From positions 4,073-68,072 of the forward strand of contig JAIQFR010000007.1 in the NCBI GenBank assembly GCA_020073205.1: a DNA stretch of 64,000 nucleotides, given 5' to 3'. Positions within the stretch are counted from its first letter, which is position 1. Every line of letters starts with the position of its first letter. The notes beneath the pieces are model-generated. The model had not been told where the DNA came from. It saw only the letters and a list, made by a program, of their open reading frames with translations, and ran no database searches. This document shows, piece after piece, positions 43,643 through 54,542 of the stretch. The stretch is from Terriglobia bacterium (GTDB lineage Bacteria > Acidobacteriota > Polarisedimenticolia > Polarisedimenticolales > JAIQFR01). The translations under genes and the position numbers were made by a program.

Positions 43643-43981
43643 ATGAGCACTCGAACCATCGCAACGTTGATCTCGGTCGTGCTCCTGGCCGGGATGGCCT
43701 TCGCGGCGGGCGGGACCGCTCCGGTCAAGCCGCCGAAAAGGACGCACGACATGACGGTCCAGGTCGTCTCCTTCGACATGAAGGCCAAGACGATCACGAT
43801 CAAGGACGAACAGGGCCAGACGAAGACCGCGCCGGTCATCGGGATAGGGATCCGGCAGCTACGAAGAGTCCGTGCCGGAGAGATGTTCACCCTGACCTGC
43901 CAAGACAATGCCAAGGGCGAACATCTGGGCATCAGCGCGATCAAGGAAGCCAAGCCCGCTGCCGCCCCCGCGCCGAAGTAG
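43643..43981 (+). CDS. Small secreted hypothetical protein
   Basis: RBS AAGGAGG. Signal peptide MSTRTIATLISVVLLAGMAFAAGG. Confidence 0.5.
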   Translation: MSTRTIATLISVVLLAGMAFAAGGTAPVKPPKRTHDMTVQVVSFDMKAKTITIKDEQGQTKTAPVIGIGIRQLRRVRAGEMFTLTCQDNAKGEHLGISAIKEAKPAAAPAPK

Positions 43982-44056
43982 GCACCCGCCGGCAGGTTCA
44001 CGGGGCGGTGTTCCAGGTCGCGAAGAGGGGCCTACCCTCGCTCGAAGAGGTGTGTC

Positions 44057-44509
44057 ATGCCCGATGATCGCGAGCGCATCGAGATCGATGTGCCGCCCGG
44101 ATCCCTGGTCGTTCGCCACGCCCGCTGCCCCGGCGGCTGCGACCTGATGGACCCTGGGGCCCCCATCCACGGCCGCCCCTCGATCCACCTCCTCTACCGC
44201 GACGCGGACGGAGAGGGCGACATCCGAGTGGACCCGGCCTACGGGAGCTTCGAGAACGTCGCCGACCGGGATCTGCGGGACGGAATGGTGGTGGAGTTCT
44301 TCTGCCCGAAGTGCCGCGTGTCGTTGCGGGCGCCCGGCGAGCGTTGCGGCGTCTGTTCCGCTCCGATGTTCGCGCTGCACCTTCCTCACGGAGGGGTCGT
44401 CGAGGGTTGCCAGCGGAAGGCTTGCTTCCACCACAAGCTGCGGCTGGTCAGCGACGAGGAGGAGATGCAGCGGTTGTTCGACCGGCTGGTGACCGACAAC
44501 TACCTCTAG
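44057..44509 (+). CDS. Cys-rich hypothetical protein (CPGGC, CPKC, CGVC clusters)
   Basis: ORF with paired CxxC motifs. No recognised family. Confidence 0.45.
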   Translation: MPDDRERIEIDVPPGSLVVRHARCPGGCDLMDPGAPIHGRPSIHLLYRDADGEGDIRVDPAYGSFENVADRDLRDGMVVEFFCPKCRVSLRAPGERCGVCSAPMFALHLPHGGVVEGCQRKACFHHKLRLVSDEEEMQRLFDRLVTDNYL

Positions 44510-44655
44510 CCGCGCCGCCCGCACCCGGTGGCCATCCCGGGTCGAGGGACGTAGCATCGATTCGTCAGGCGAGGCGGGTCGAGGGGTCGCGGGTCCGGAC
44601 TCTCCCGGATTCCGGGACCCCGCCCCCGAAAACCGACGTCAGGGAGGTTCGGATC

Positions 44656-44865
44656 ATGGGAAGCAGCAAGGGATGCGACTGCGGATGCTCCTGCCAGTGC
44701 GGAGAGGACTGCGGCTGCTGCTGCGGCTCCGGCGAGCACGGGTTCAGACGCCGGTACCAGACCAAAGCCGAGCAGGTTGCCGAGCTGGAGCGATACCTGA
44801 GAGAACTCAAGGGCGAGGTGCAGGCCGTCGAGGAAAGGCTGGCGGATCTAAAGCGAAAGAAATGA
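44656..44865 (+). CDS. Small protein with a metallothionein-like Cys-rich N-terminus and a coiled-coil C-terminus
   Basis: RBS GGGAGG. MGSSKGCDCGCSCQCGEDCGCCCGSGEHG (11 Cys in 22 aa), then AELERYLRELKGEVQAVEERLADLKRKK. Confidence 0.5.
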   Translation: MGSSKGCDCGCSCQCGEDCGCCCGSGEHGFRRRYQTKAEQVAELERYLRELKGEVQAVEERLADLKRKK

Positions 44866-45022
44866 CACGTAGCCGCACGTCCCCTACGGCGACCCGAATG
44901 CGTCGCTGGAGCGCCGTTGATCCAAGGGGCGAATCGGCGTAACGTTCCGGACGCTCGATTGGGCCTGGGGGCATCCAAGGACTCCATCCCGGAAGGAGTC
45001 GGTTCGGGGTGTTCTCCAGGCG

Positions 45023-47191
45023 ATGCAGCTTGCGTCCTTCTCGCCGGAAGGGAGGCAGGGAAATGAAGTTCGTCGTATCGCCTCAGAACGACCCGAAGCG
45101 CAACAGGGTTTGCGGTCTCGTTCACACGATGTGCGCCCTTTGCTCGGAGGATCCGAGGTTTTGCGATGGCGGTGGTGGGATCGAGATCTGAGGATCCGTT
45201 CCGCCTTCGCTGAGACCGACCCGGCGGCCGCTCACCGGGGGGCGCGTCCGCCGGGTAGGTTGATCCGAATCGGCTCCTCCGCCGTGAGTTCGCCACGGAA
45301 AGACGACGCGTCCGCCGGCGGCCTTCCTCGCGCCATCGCCAACCTCCGCCGCGACCGCCTCGCCGCCACGATCGTGCTCGCCGCGCTGGTCGCCGTCACG
45401 TTCTGGCCCGTGCTGGGGAACGCGTTCACGAACTACGACGACCCGGTGTACGTGACGCGGAATCCTCACGTGCGTCCCGGTCTCGACGCATCGGAGCTTC
45501 GCTGGGCCTTGAGCGCGACTCGCGCCTCCAACTGGCACCCCCTGACCTGGATCTCGCACATGCTCGACTGCGAGCTGTACGGGCTGGCGCCGTGGGGCCA
45601 CCATCTGTCCAGCCTCCTTCTCCACCTCGCGAGCACGCTCCTGCTCTTCTTCACGCTGGCACGCATGACGGGCTCGACCGGTCGAAGCGCGTTCGCCGCG
45701 GCGCTGTTCGGCATCCACCCGCTCCGCGTGGAGTCGGTGGCCTGGATCGCGGAGCGGAAGGACGTCCTGAGCGCGTTTCTCTGGATGCTCACCCTCTCGG
45801 CCTACGTGAGCTGGTCGAGAACTCCGACGACGGGCAGGCGCCTCGCCGTGATCGCCGTCTTCGCGGCGGGGCTGGCTTCGAAGCCGATGCTCGTGACGCT
45901 TCCGTTCACCCTCCTCCTCCTCGACTTCTGGCCCCTCGGGCGCTGGCAGCCGACGGCGGAAGGGAGGCGGCCCCGCCGGATTCCGTGGGGGCTCGTCCGG
46001 GAGAAGACGCCGCTGTTCGCCCTGGCCGCCGCATCCTCCGTCGTCACCTTCCTGGTCCAGCGCAGCGGCAACGCCGTCCGAACGATGGAGCAGTACCCTC
46101 TCGCCTCGAGGATTCCGAACGCTCTCGTTACCTACGTGGCCTACCTGTGGAAGATGGTGAGGCCGATCGGTCTCGCGGCGTTCTACCCCCACCCCCGCAC
46201 CTTACCGCCGTTCTGGGAAGTCGCGGGCACCGCATTGACCTTGCTCCTGATCACGGCTCTGGCGGTCCGGGGACGCCGCGTGCGCCCGTACGCGCTCGTG
46301 GGGTGGCTCTGGTACGTGGGTACGCTCGTGCCGGTGATCGGCCTCGTGCAGGTCGGCGGCCAGGCGATGGCCGACCGGTACACGTACCTGCCGCTCGTCG
46401 GGATCTTCGTCGCGGTCGCCTGGGGAGCTCACGACGCGATCGATGCGCTCGCCCCCCGGATGCGGGGCTCCGTCGGGCTCGGCGCTCGCCTCGGCGGTTC
46501 TTGGGTCGCGATGCCGGCCGGCGCCGTGGTGCTCGCCCTCGCAGCCTGCGCGCATGTCCAGGCCGGGACCTGGAAGGACTCAGTCACCCTGTTCGAGCAC
46601 GCCCTCGCGGTCACCCGGGACAACGACGTCGCGCACAACAATCTCGGCCTCGCCCTGGTCGAGCAGGGTCGCGCGCGGGAGGCCGTCGGCCACTACGAGG
46701 AGGCCCTTCGCGTCAGGCCCCAGGACGCCAGGGTCGAGAACAACCTCGCGGTCGCGCTGGACGCTCTGGGAAGGGGCGCCGAGGCGCGCGAGCACTACGC
46801 GCGGGCCCTGGCGATCGATCCTGGCTGCTCCGAGGCCCACTACAACCGGGGTCTCGCCCTGTCGAAGGAGGGCCGGCTGGGGGAGGCCGTCCGCGAGTAC
46901 GAGTCGGCGCTTAGAGCCGATCCCGAGGACCCCGAGGTCCACAACAACCTCGGGAGCGCGCTGGCCCGGCAAGGAAAGGTGGACGAGGCCATCGAGCATT
47001 TCGCGGTTGCGCTCCGAGGCTGGCCCGACTACGCCCTGGCGCACGGCAATCTCGCCGGCGCCTTGTTCGTACGCGGAAGGCTCGCCGAGGCCTGGGCGGA
47101 GATCCGGAAAGCGCGCCGCTACGGGTTCGAGCCGCCTCCGGAATTGGTCCGGGCGCTGTCCCGCAAGCTACCCGATCCCGGAGGGGGGTAG
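45023..47191 (+). CDS. TMTC-like DUF1736 plus TPR membrane protein, paralog of 35400..37484. The true start is probably further downstream (about 45260)
   Basis: NYDDPVYVTRNPHV...WHPLTWISHMLD...HPLRVESVAWIAERKDVL, plus TPR repeats. The N-terminal 80 aa are Arg-rich low complexity. Confidence 0.65.
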   Translation: MQLASFSPEGRQGNEVRRIASERPEAQQGLRSRSHDVRPLLGGSEVLRWRWWDRDLRIRSAFAETDPAAAHRGARPPGRLIRIGSSAVSSPRKDDASAGGLPRAIANLRRDRLAATIVLAALVAVTFWPVLGNAFTNYDDPVYVTRNPHVRPGLDASELRWALSATRASNWHPLTWISHMLDCELYGLAPWGHHLSSLLLHLASTLLLFFTLARMTGSTGRSAFAAALFGIHPLRVESVAWIAERKDVLSAFLWMLTLSAYVSWSRTPTTGRRLAVIAVFAAGLASKPMLVTLPFTLLLLDFWPLGRWQPTAEGRRPRRIPWGLVREKTPLFALAAASSVVTFLVQRSGNAVRTMEQYPLASRIPNALVTYVAYLWKMVRPIGLAAFYPHPRTLPPFWEVAGTALTLLLITALAVRGRRVRPYALVGWLWYVGTLVPVIGLVQVGGQAMADRYTYLPLVGIFVAVAWGAHDAIDALAPRMRGSVGLGARLGGSWVAMPAGAVVLALAACAHVQAGTWKDSVTLFEHALAVTRDNDVAHNNLGLALVEQGRAREAVGHYEEALRVRPQDARVENNLAVALDALGRGAEAREHYARALAIDPGCSEAHYNRGLALSKEGRLGEAVREYESALRADPEDPEVHNNLGSALARQGKVDEAIEHFAVALRGWPDYALAHGNLAGALFVRGRLAEAWAEIRKARRYGFEPPPELVRALSRKLPDPGGG
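45063..45191 (+). CDS. Possible 42-aa Cys-containing peptide
   Basis: RBS GGGAGG 8 nt upstream. MKFVVSPQNDPKRNRVCGLVHTMCALCSEDPRFCDGGGGIEI. Overlaps the annotated 5' extension of the next gene in another frame. Speculative. Confidence 0.25.
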   Translation: MKFVVSPQNDPKRNRVCGLVHTMCALCSEDPRFCDGGGGIEI

Positions 47192-47306
47192 GGCTCTCGG
47201 GGAGCGGTCCGCGCACTCGCCCGGACCCTTGCCGATCTGCTAACTTGCTGGGAGCGCGATCCTCGAGCGATGGCCTCGCCGCGACGCGCCGGGAGGGGAC
47301 CGAACG

Positions 47307-48218
47307 ATGCCGCGGGAACTGGCGGAACGGGGATGGATGGCCCTCGTCGACGAACTCGAGAACTTCCAGGATATCGCGAAGTTCCTGAAGCCGGCGCCCG
47401 GGTCCGTGCCCGCGCTCGACGGCGTCGACATCCACGGCGAGTCCATGCCCCTGAACGGCATCGTGGGCGGCGACCACATCCTGTACATCGACTACCGTAC
47501 ACGCTACGACCTCGATGCCCGGATCGCGCAGGCGCAGGCGGCGGGGCACGCGAAGATCGTCGAGCAGCTCCGGCTCAACAAGCAGCGCGCCGGCATCCTG
47601 GTGGCCGACGTGGCCGGGCATCGGATCACCGACGCGCTCCTGGTCGCCATGCTGCACCAGGCGTTCCTCCTGGGCTCGTACTACGAGCTGGACCGGTACG
47701 GCACCATCACGCCACGGATCCTGGAGAACATCAACGCGCGATTCCACGAGTCCACGACCGTCAGGAAGTACCTCACGGCGATGTACGGGGAGATCTCGGT
47801 CGAGGGGAAGTTCCGCTTCATCTCCGCCGGCCATCCGGCTCCGGTGGTCTTCTCACGCGAATTCGGGCGGATCATGAGGATCAGCGACGACCGGACGATC
47901 TCCTACCCCCCGATCGGCGTGCTGCGATCGGGAGACGACGTGGACGCGCGTCTTACCGGGGATCTCTTCCGCTACAAGAAGCGATACACGGTCAACGAGA
48001 TCAACCTGCTGGGTGACGGGGACATCCTGATCCTGCTCACCGATGGTCTGACCGAGCACGCCAGGGGCCAGTACTTCCCGGCGGGGCTTGAGAGGTGCCT
48101 GAGCGAGGCGAGGGACCTTCCGTCGTGGGGCATCGCGGAGCGGATCCGTGACAGCCTGCTGGCGTTCGCGCCCCCGGAGGACGACATCAGCTTCGTGGTG
48201 ATCAAGAAGAAGGTCTGA
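47307..48218 (+). CDS. PP2C-type (SpoIIE/RsbU-like) serine phosphatase
   Basis: GILVADVAGH...LLTDGLTE motifs of the SpoIIE/PPM domain. Confidence 0.75.
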   Translation: MPRELAERGWMALVDELENFQDIAKFLKPAPGSVPALDGVDIHGESMPLNGIVGGDHILYIDYRTRYDLDARIAQAQAAGHAKIVEQLRLNKQRAGILVADVAGHRITDALLVAMLHQAFLLGSYYELDRYGTITPRILENINARFHESTTVRKYLTAMYGEISVEGKFRFISAGHPAPVVFSREFGRIMRISDDRTISYPPIGVLRSGDDVDARLTGDLFRYKKRYTVNEINLLGDGDILILLTDGLTEHARGQYFPAGLERCLSEARDLPSWGIAERIRDSLLAFAPPEDDISFVVIKKKV

Positions 48219-48365
48219 AGCTCCGATTCCCGCCTCGCCGCCCGGACCTTGCCCGCCGCTCGTCCGGGACCTATGTTCCACAAGCGTAAAGCACTTGCGG
48301 GTACGGGTGCGCGCTCGAGGATCGGAGGTACGACGCCGCGGCGTCGGAGAGGAGCGGACCGGATC

Positions 48366-50900
48366 ATGCAGCGGATCTTCTCCCCGAACCGGGAGAAACG
48401 GCGCAACACGGTCCTGCTCCGAGGACTCCTGGTCGTGGCCGTGGGGGGGCTCCTCGTCGACGCCGGGAGCGCCCGCACCGGCACCGCCGCCCTCGCGGTC
48501 GTCGTGGCGTTCGCCGTCTCGGATCTGTGCCTCGCCTTCGTTCCGCTCCGACGGGTCGCCACACACACCTTCGAGCTGGTGGTGGGAGCCGCCGACATCG
48601 GGCTCGTGGCCCTGGGCATCCATCTGGCGGGGACCGGGAGGGGGGCCCTGCCCATATCCTGCCTTCTGATGGTCCTGGTCGTCGCGCTCGGCAGCCAGCG
48701 CGCGAGCACCGTGGCCGGCGCCGCTGCGGTCGGCGCGGCGCATTCGTGGCTCTTCCTTCGCGTGGCCTCGGGTGCCGACGCGGGTCGGGAGCTCGCGCTT
48801 CAGATCCTCTTCCTGTGCTCCGTCGGCCTGTACTACGGCTTCCTGACCGACGGCATCCATCGCCACCGGAGGAGGAAGGAAGCGGAGCAGCTCGAGCACC
48901 GGGAGATGAGCACGCTTCTCGAGGTCCTCGAAGCCATCTCGTCCTCACTGGACCTTCGCGACGTCGCCCTGAACATCGTGACCCGGGTGGCCCAGATCGT
49001 CCCGGCGGTCCGTTGCTCTCTCCTGTACGTCGGGGGGCCGGGCACGCCCTGCCACGTTCTGGCGTCGCACGACAATCCCGACATCGAGAAGTTCGAGATC
49101 GACCTCGCCAAGTACCCCGAGGTGCGCCGCGCCCTCGAGACACGCGCTCCCGTGATCATCGGGGACGTCTCCGCCGACCCCCTCATGGCGGACGTCCGCG
49201 ACCGGATCAAGGCCCTGGACTTCCAGTCGATCATGGTCATCCCCCTGACGTTCGGCGAGGACCTCCTGGGGAGCCTGTTCCTGAGGTCGGCCCGGGCGAA
49301 GAGGAGTTTCAGCGAGAGGGAGATCCAGTTCTGCACCGCCGTAGCCCGCGCCTCGGCCAGCGCGTTCAAACGAGCGCTCCTGCACCGGGAGGTCGCGGAC
49401 GCACTGAACGAGCAGCGGAGCACCGGGGAGAAGCTGGCGAGGATCCTCAACCACTCGCCGGACCTCATCCTGACCACCGACAACGCCGGGCGGATCGCGG
49501 AATTCAATCAAGAGGCGGAGAGGACTTCGGGATACGCCCGAGAGGAGATGATCGAGAGGCCCGTCACCGACCTGCTGGCCGACGCCGGGAACGGCGATCT
49601 CCTGAGGCGGCTCCGGACGGGCGGAGCGGTCTCGGATCACGCCTGCCGTCTCAGGAAGAAGGACGGGAGCGAGATCGAGATGGAAGTCCGCGTCGCGGTC
49701 TTGAAGAACGACGGCGGCGAGGCGGCGGGGAGCGTCTGGATCGGACGCGACGTCACGGACACGAGGGCGACCCAGCAGCAGCTGATGCAGGCGGAGAAAC
49801 TCTCCACGATGGGCCAGGTCGTCGCCGGGGTGGCCCACGAGCTCAACAACCCGCTCACCGGCGTGCTGGGATACTCCCAGCTCCTGATGGCCCGGCACCA
49901 CGATCCCGCGCTCTCGGCGCCGCTCGAGAAGATCCGCGAGTCGGCGCAGCGCTGCCAGCGCATCGTGAAGAGCCTGCTCGCCTTCGCGCGCGTGCACAAG
50001 CCCGAGCGGAAGCTCCTCGACGTCAACCGGATCGTCGAGAAAACGCTCGACATGAGGGGTTATCAGCTTCGCGTCAACGACATCGAGGTGGTCCGCGACC
50101 TCGACCCGGAGCTGCCGAGCACGTTGCTCGACTTCCACCAGATCCAGCAGGTCCTCCTGAATCTCATCGCCAACGCCGAGCATGCGATCCTGTCGGCCCG
50201 CCCGAGGCCGGGACGTGTGATGATCCGCACTCGGGACGCGGACGGGATCATCCGCATCGAGGTCGCCGACAACGGCGCGGGGATGCCGCCCTCGACGCTC
50301 GCGCGGGTGTTCGATCCTTTCTTCACCACCAAGCCCGAGGGGGAAGGGACCGGCCTCGGTCTCTCGGTGTCCTACGGCATCGTGAAGGAGCACGGCGGGC
50401 GGATCTGCGCCGAGAGCCGCGAAGGTGAGGGATCCACCTTCATGATCGAGCTCCCCGTCCTCGGTCCGGAGGCCGAGGGAAGTCTCGAGGTCGCCGATCG
50501 ACCGCCGGCCGTCGCTTCTCGTACCGCGGCCAGCGGGAGCGTGCTCGTCGTGGACGACGAGCCCACGATCGTCGAGCTCCTGAACGAGATTCTCGAGGAG
50601 CTGGGACACAGGGTCGACACGGCCGCGAACGGCGAGGAAGCCTGCGACAAGGTGAGCGCCGGGCACTACGACCTGGTCATCACCGACGTGCGCATGCCGA
50701 GAATGGACGGGATGGAGTTCTACCGTCGCGCGCTTTCGATGCGTCCGGAGCTGCGAAACAGGGTGATCTTCATCACCGGCGACCTCATGGACGCGAAGAT
50801 CGGGCAGTTCCTCGCCGACCACCAGGCCCGGATCATCCCCAAGCCGCTGGAGATCTCGGAGGTCGCGGAGATCGTCCAGGAGATCCTGGCTTCCACCTGA
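48366..50900 (+). CDS. Hybrid sensor histidine kinase (membrane region, GAF, PAS, HisKA, HATPase_c and receiver domains)
   Basis: Start at MQRIF. H-box [18 protein letters not shown]2 box [13 protein letters not shown]. Receiver [14 protein letters not shown]...[14 protein letters not shown]. Confidence 0.8.
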   Translation: MQRIFSPNREKRRNTVLLRGLLVVAVGGLLVDAGSARTGTAALAVVVAFAVSDLCLAFVPLRRVATHTFELVVGAADIGLVALGIHLAGTGRGALPISCLLMVLVVALGSQRASTVAGAAAVGAAHSWLFLRVASGADAGRELALQILFLCSVGLYYGFLTDGIHRHRRRKEAEQLEHREMSTLLEVLEAISSSLDLRDVALNIVTRVAQIVPAVRCSLLYVGGPGTPCHVLASHDNPDIEKFEIDLAKYPEVRRALETRAPVIIGDVSADPLMADVRDRIKALDFQSIMVIPLTFGEDLLGSLFLRSARAKRSFSEREIQFCTAVARASASAFKRALLHREVADALNEQRSTGEKLARILNHSPDLILTTDNAGRIAEFNQEAERTSGYAREEMIERPVTDLLADAGNGDLLRRLRTGGAVSDHACRLRKKDGSEIEMEVRVAVLKNDGGEAAGSVWIGRDVTDTRATQQQLMQAEKLSTMGQVVAGVAHELNNPLTGVLGYSQLLMARHHDPALSAPLEKIRESAQRCQRIVKSLLAFARVHKPERKLLDVNRIVEKTLDMRGYQLRVNDIEVVRDLDPELPSTLLDFHQIQQVLLNLIANAEHAILSARPRPGRVMIRTRDADGIIRIEVADNGAGMPPSTLARVFDPFFTTKPEGEGTGLGLSVSYGIVKEHGGRICAESREGEGSTFMIELPVLGPEAEGSLEVADRPPAVASRTAASGSVLVVDDEPTIVELLNEILEELGHRVDTAANGEEACDKVSAGHYDLVITDVRMPRMDGMEFYRRALSMRPELRNRVIFITGDLMDAKIGQFLADHQARIIPKPLEISEVAEIVQEILAST

Positions 50901-51013
50901 GGGCCGAGGGGACCCCTCCCGTCTTCCACCTTATTCGAGCCCACCGGCCGTATTTGGCTTGACGTCCGCGCGACCCCCTCGTAAGTAGAGGATCTGGCAT
51001 CGTGGGGGGAACC

Positions 51014-54000
51014 ATGCGAGGGATCCACGCCCTTCGTGCGCTCGCCGTGGCCTTGCCGTGGCTGGCCGCGGCGTCGGCTCAGGGCCGCGACCTCACGTTC
51101 GAGGAGCGCCTCAAGGCCCAGGAGGCGATCGAGCGCGTCTACTACTCGCACCAGATCGACGCGACGCAAGCCGTCGAGGCGGCGGTGCCACGAGAGGTCC
51201 TGGAGAGAAAGGTCAGGACCTATCTGGCGCAGTCCTCAGCGCTCGAGTCCTACTGGCGCGTGCCGGTCTCCGCGACCGCGCTCCGGAACGAAATCGAGCG
51301 CATCGCGCGAAGCACTCGGTTCCCGGACCGGTTGCGGGAGATCTACGCCGCGCTGGGCAACGACACGTTCCTCGTCCAGGAATGCCTGGCGCGTGCGACG
51401 CTCGTCGATCGGTGGTCCCGCTCGCTCTTCGCGTTCGACCGCGGACTCCACGAGGACGCCCGGCGACGGGCCGAGCAATTGCGTGCGGGCCTGGCCAGCG
51501 GTGCCGTCGCGGTCTCGTCTCCAGATCCGCGCCTGCGCGAAGCCGAGGTCATCGAGGTTCCGGCCGGCACCCTCGCGAGCGCCGCCGCCGTCGAGATCCC
51601 GTCGACGGGAGGGGAAGGGCCGGTCCGGCTACGCCTCGCGCCGGAGGCATTCCGGCGATGGCGCGCCCTGTCCCCGGCGCGGGTGGGAGAGATCGGTCCC
51701 GTCGCCGAGGAGGCCGACGGGTTCGTCATCCGAGTGGTCCTCGCGGAGCAGGCGGGCCGCGCGCGCGTCGCGGTCTACACGGTGCCGAAGAGAGCCTGGG
51801 ACAACTGGTGGAAGAACGTGGAGCAGGATCTCGCGGGGCGCGAGGTGAGGGCGGTTGCATCGGCGTCGGACCCCCTGCCGGCTCCCCGCGCGGGAGGCGA
51901 TGCCGGTGGAGAGGCCACCTGTCTCCCAGGCGATTCGTGGGACAACGGGTCCCTCGGCGCGGTCCCCGAAGGCCGGACCCTCGCCACCGCCGTCTGGACC
52001 GGCCGTGTCGTCGTGTTCTGGGGGGGCGTGAGAGAGGGAAGACGCGTCCGGACGGGCGGCCGATACGATCCCGTGACGGACACCTGGTCGGCCACGTCGA
52101 CGATCGGCGCGCCGGACGCCCGTTACGGTCACTCCGCGGTCTGGTCCGGGGATCGAATGATCGTCTGGGGCGGCCTGACGGACTCCGGGTACGTGGCGAC
52201 CGGGGGCCGCTACGACCCCGTGTCGGATAACTGGTCTCCCACATCGGAGTCGAACGCTCCCTCCGTCCGCTGGAACCACACGGCTTCATGGTCCGGCACC
52301 GTCATGGTCGTCTGGGGTGGTGACCATTCGGACATCTATGGCCAACACTTCCTCGATACCGGCGGCCGGTACGATCCCGTCGTGGATGCGTGGATGCCGA
52401 TCTCGAGCGCCGGCGCGGCCCGGGGCAGGTCGTACCATTCCGCGGTCTGGACGGGCCATACGATGGTCGTCTGGGGCGGTTACTGGTCCGACGGCACGAC
52501 GACCTATCTCCTCGACACGGGCGGCCGCTACGATCCGTCGGCCGACACGTGGACGCCGATCTCGACGGCCGGCGCGCCGTCCCCCAGATTCGGTCACGCG
52601 GCGGTCTGGACCGGCGCAGCGATGGTGGTCTGGGGAGGGCACGACTACACGGATCTGTACGGCGCGACCCATTTCCTCGGCACCGGCGGCCGGTACGACC
52701 CGGCGGCGGATGCGTGGACGCCGATGTCCACCACGGGTGCGCCGGCCCCGCGCTCGTATCATTCCGCGGTGTGGACCGGCTGCCGGTTCGTGGTCTGGGG
52801 AGGGCAGGGCGACGGCGGGCTGCTCGACACCGGAGGCCGCTACGATCCCCTGGCGGACGCGTGGACCCCGACCTCGACGTCGACCCCGCCCACGGGCCGC
52901 TCCAGCGCGTCCTCCGTGTGGACCGGCAGCGAGATGGTGATCTGGGGGGGAGGAACGGCCGGCGGCGTCTATCCGGAAACGGGCGGGCGCTACGATCCGG
53001 CGCTGGATCGGTGGACACCGACCTACGCGCCGAACTCGCCGGTTCCGCGTCAATATCCCAGCTCGATCTGGACCGGAAGCCTCATGATCGTGTTCGGTGG
53101 GCTGCGCTCCGAGGAGCCTGTGAGCACCGGAGGCCGCTACGATCCGCTGACCGACAGTTGGAGTCCGACCGCGGACGTCGGTCCGAACCGGAGCCGGGTC
53201 TTCCACACGGCGGTGTGGACGGGGAGCCGCATGATCATCTGGGGAGGCGAGCCCTGCCCCTACTCCGTTTACGACTACGGCATGAGCTACGATCCCGTCT
53301 CGGACGCCTGGACGCCGATTCAGTACCTTTCGGAGCCGACCCCACGCAGGCACCACACGGCGGTGTGGACCGGCGACACGATGATCGTCTGGGGAGGGCT
53401 TGTCTGTGACCCCCCATACGTCGCGACCGCGACGGGTGGTCGCTACGACCCGATGACGGACAGCTGGGGGTCCATCTCCACCACGAAGGCGCCTTCCGCC
53501 CGCCAGTACCACACCGCGGTGTGGACCGGCAGCCGGATGCTCGTTTGGGGGGGCAGCGTCAGCGACGCGAACCCGAACTACTTCAATTCCGGGAGCGCCT
53601 ACGATCCGGTTCACGACTCGTGGTCGGCCATCACCAAGGGCGGCGCTCCGTCGCCCCGCGCGTTCCACACGACGGTCTGGACCGGAGATTCGATGATCGT
53701 CTGGGGAGGGACGGGACCGAGCGACTTCGATACCGGCGGCATCTACGATCCCGGCTCGAACCGCTGGAATGCGACGTCCCTGGCGAGCGCGCCGGCGGCG
53801 CGGATCGGCCACACCGCGGTCTGGACCGGGAAGGAGATGATCGTCTGGGGGGGGGAGACGAGCGCAGCCGGCCTGGACCGGATGGACACGGGTGCTCGAT
53901 ACGATCCGGTGGCCGATCGGTGGTCGGCCACGTCGCTCTACAACGCACCTTCGGGGCGCACCGACCACGCCTCGGTGTGGTCCGGCTCGTTCATGATCGT

Positions 54001-54442
54001 GTGGGGCGGGGTCGGCGACTACCTGCCCAGCTCGGGCGGGCGGTACGTCGCGGACAACCCGGACGACGACGGAGATGGGACCGCCAACATCTGCGATTGC
54101 AGCCCGACGGACTCGACGGTGGCTTCCGTGCCGCGCGAGGTCACGGGGTTGTGGCTCGCGGCGGACAAGGCCACGGTGAGTTGGGACTCCGCGGCTCCCG
54201 GGGCGGGGACCGGCACCGTCCACGACGTCCTCAGAGGCTCGCTCGACGGGTTTCCGGTGGGAGCCGGACAAGACGAGACTTGCCTGGCGGCCGGCATTTC
54301 GGGGGCATCGGCCTCGGACGCCTTCACCCCGCCGGCCGGCGCGGGATTCTGGTACCTCGTCCGCGGCCGGAACACCTGCGGGACCGGGACCTACGGGTTC
54401 CGGAGCGGCGGGGTGGAGCGGACTTCCACGGCGTGCCCCTGA
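51014..54442 (+). CDS. Secreted Kelch-repeat (galactose-oxidase-like beta-propeller) protein with about 17 repeats and a C-terminal TSP3-like module
   Basis: Signal peptide MRGIHALRALAVALPWLAAASAQG. Recurrent GGRYDP..D.W.P.S...AP..R..H.AVWTG..M.VWGG units. C-terminal DDDGDGTANICDCSPTD... Confidence 0.75.
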   Translation: MRGIHALRALAVALPWLAAASAQGRDLTFEERLKAQEAIERVYYSHQIDATQAVEAAVPREVLERKVRTYLAQSSALESYWRVPVSATALRNEIERIARSTRFPDRLREIYAALGNDTFLVQECLARATLVDRWSRSLFAFDRGLHEDARRRAEQLRAGLASGAVAVSSPDPRLREAEVIEVPAGTLASAAAVEIPSTGGEGPVRLRLAPEAFRRWRALSPARVGEIGPVAEEADGFVIRVVLAEQAGRARVAVYTVPKRAWDNWWKNVEQDLAGREVRAVASASDPLPAPRAGGDAGGEATCLPGDSWDNGSLGAVPEGRTLATAVWTGRVVVFWGGVREGRRVRTGGRYDPVTDTWSATSTIGAPDARYGHSAVWSGDRMIVWGGLTDSGYVATGGRYDPVSDNWSPTSESNAPSVRWNHTASWSGTVMVVWGGDHSDIYGQHFLDTGGRYDPVVDAWMPISSAGAARGRSYHSAVWTGHTMVVWGGYWSDGTTTYLLDTGGRYDPSADTWTPISTAGAPSPRFGHAAVWTGAAMVVWGGHDYTDLYGATHFLGTGGRYDPAADAWTPMSTTGAPAPRSYHSAVWTGCRFVVWGGQGDGGLLDTGGRYDPLADAWTPTSTSTPPTGRSSASSVWTGSEMVIWGGGTAGGVYPETGGRYDPALDRWTPTYAPNSPVPRQYPSSIWTGSLMIVFGGLRSEEPVSTGGRYDPLTDSWSPTADVGPNRSRVFHTAVWTGSRMIIWGGEPCPYSVYDYGMSYDPVSDAWTPIQYLSEPTPRRHHTAVWTGDTMIVWGGLVCDPPYVATATGGRYDPMTDSWGSISTTKAPSARQYHTAVWTGSRMLVWGGSVSDANPNYFNSGSAYDPVHDSWSAITKGGAPSPRAFHTTVWTGDSMIVWGGTGPSDFDTGGIYDPGSNRWNATSLASAPAARIGHTAVWTGKEMIVWGGETSAAGLDRMDTGARYDPVADRWSATSLYNAPSGRTDHASVWSGSFMIVWGGVGDYLPSSGGRYVADNPDDDGDGTANICDCSPTDSTVASVPREVTGLWLAADKATVSWDSAAPGAGTGTVHDVLRGSLDGFPVGAGQDETCLAAGISGASASDAFTPPAGAGFWYLVRGRNTCGTGTYGFRSGGVERTSTACP

Positions 54443-54542
54443 CCGCCGCGTCGCCGTCTCCCTCGCCACCGCGGGATTTCGACCTCAGGGCAAATCGGCG
54501 TATCGTGGTGTTCCAATTTTCCTCCGGCCGGACGCCGGAGCC

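Noticed and set aside
48527-54469. ORFs 48527..50428 (+), 48945..50822 (-), 51058..52230 (+) and 52286..54469 (-, 727 aa)
   Set aside because: Alternative frames of the histidine-kinase and Kelch genes.
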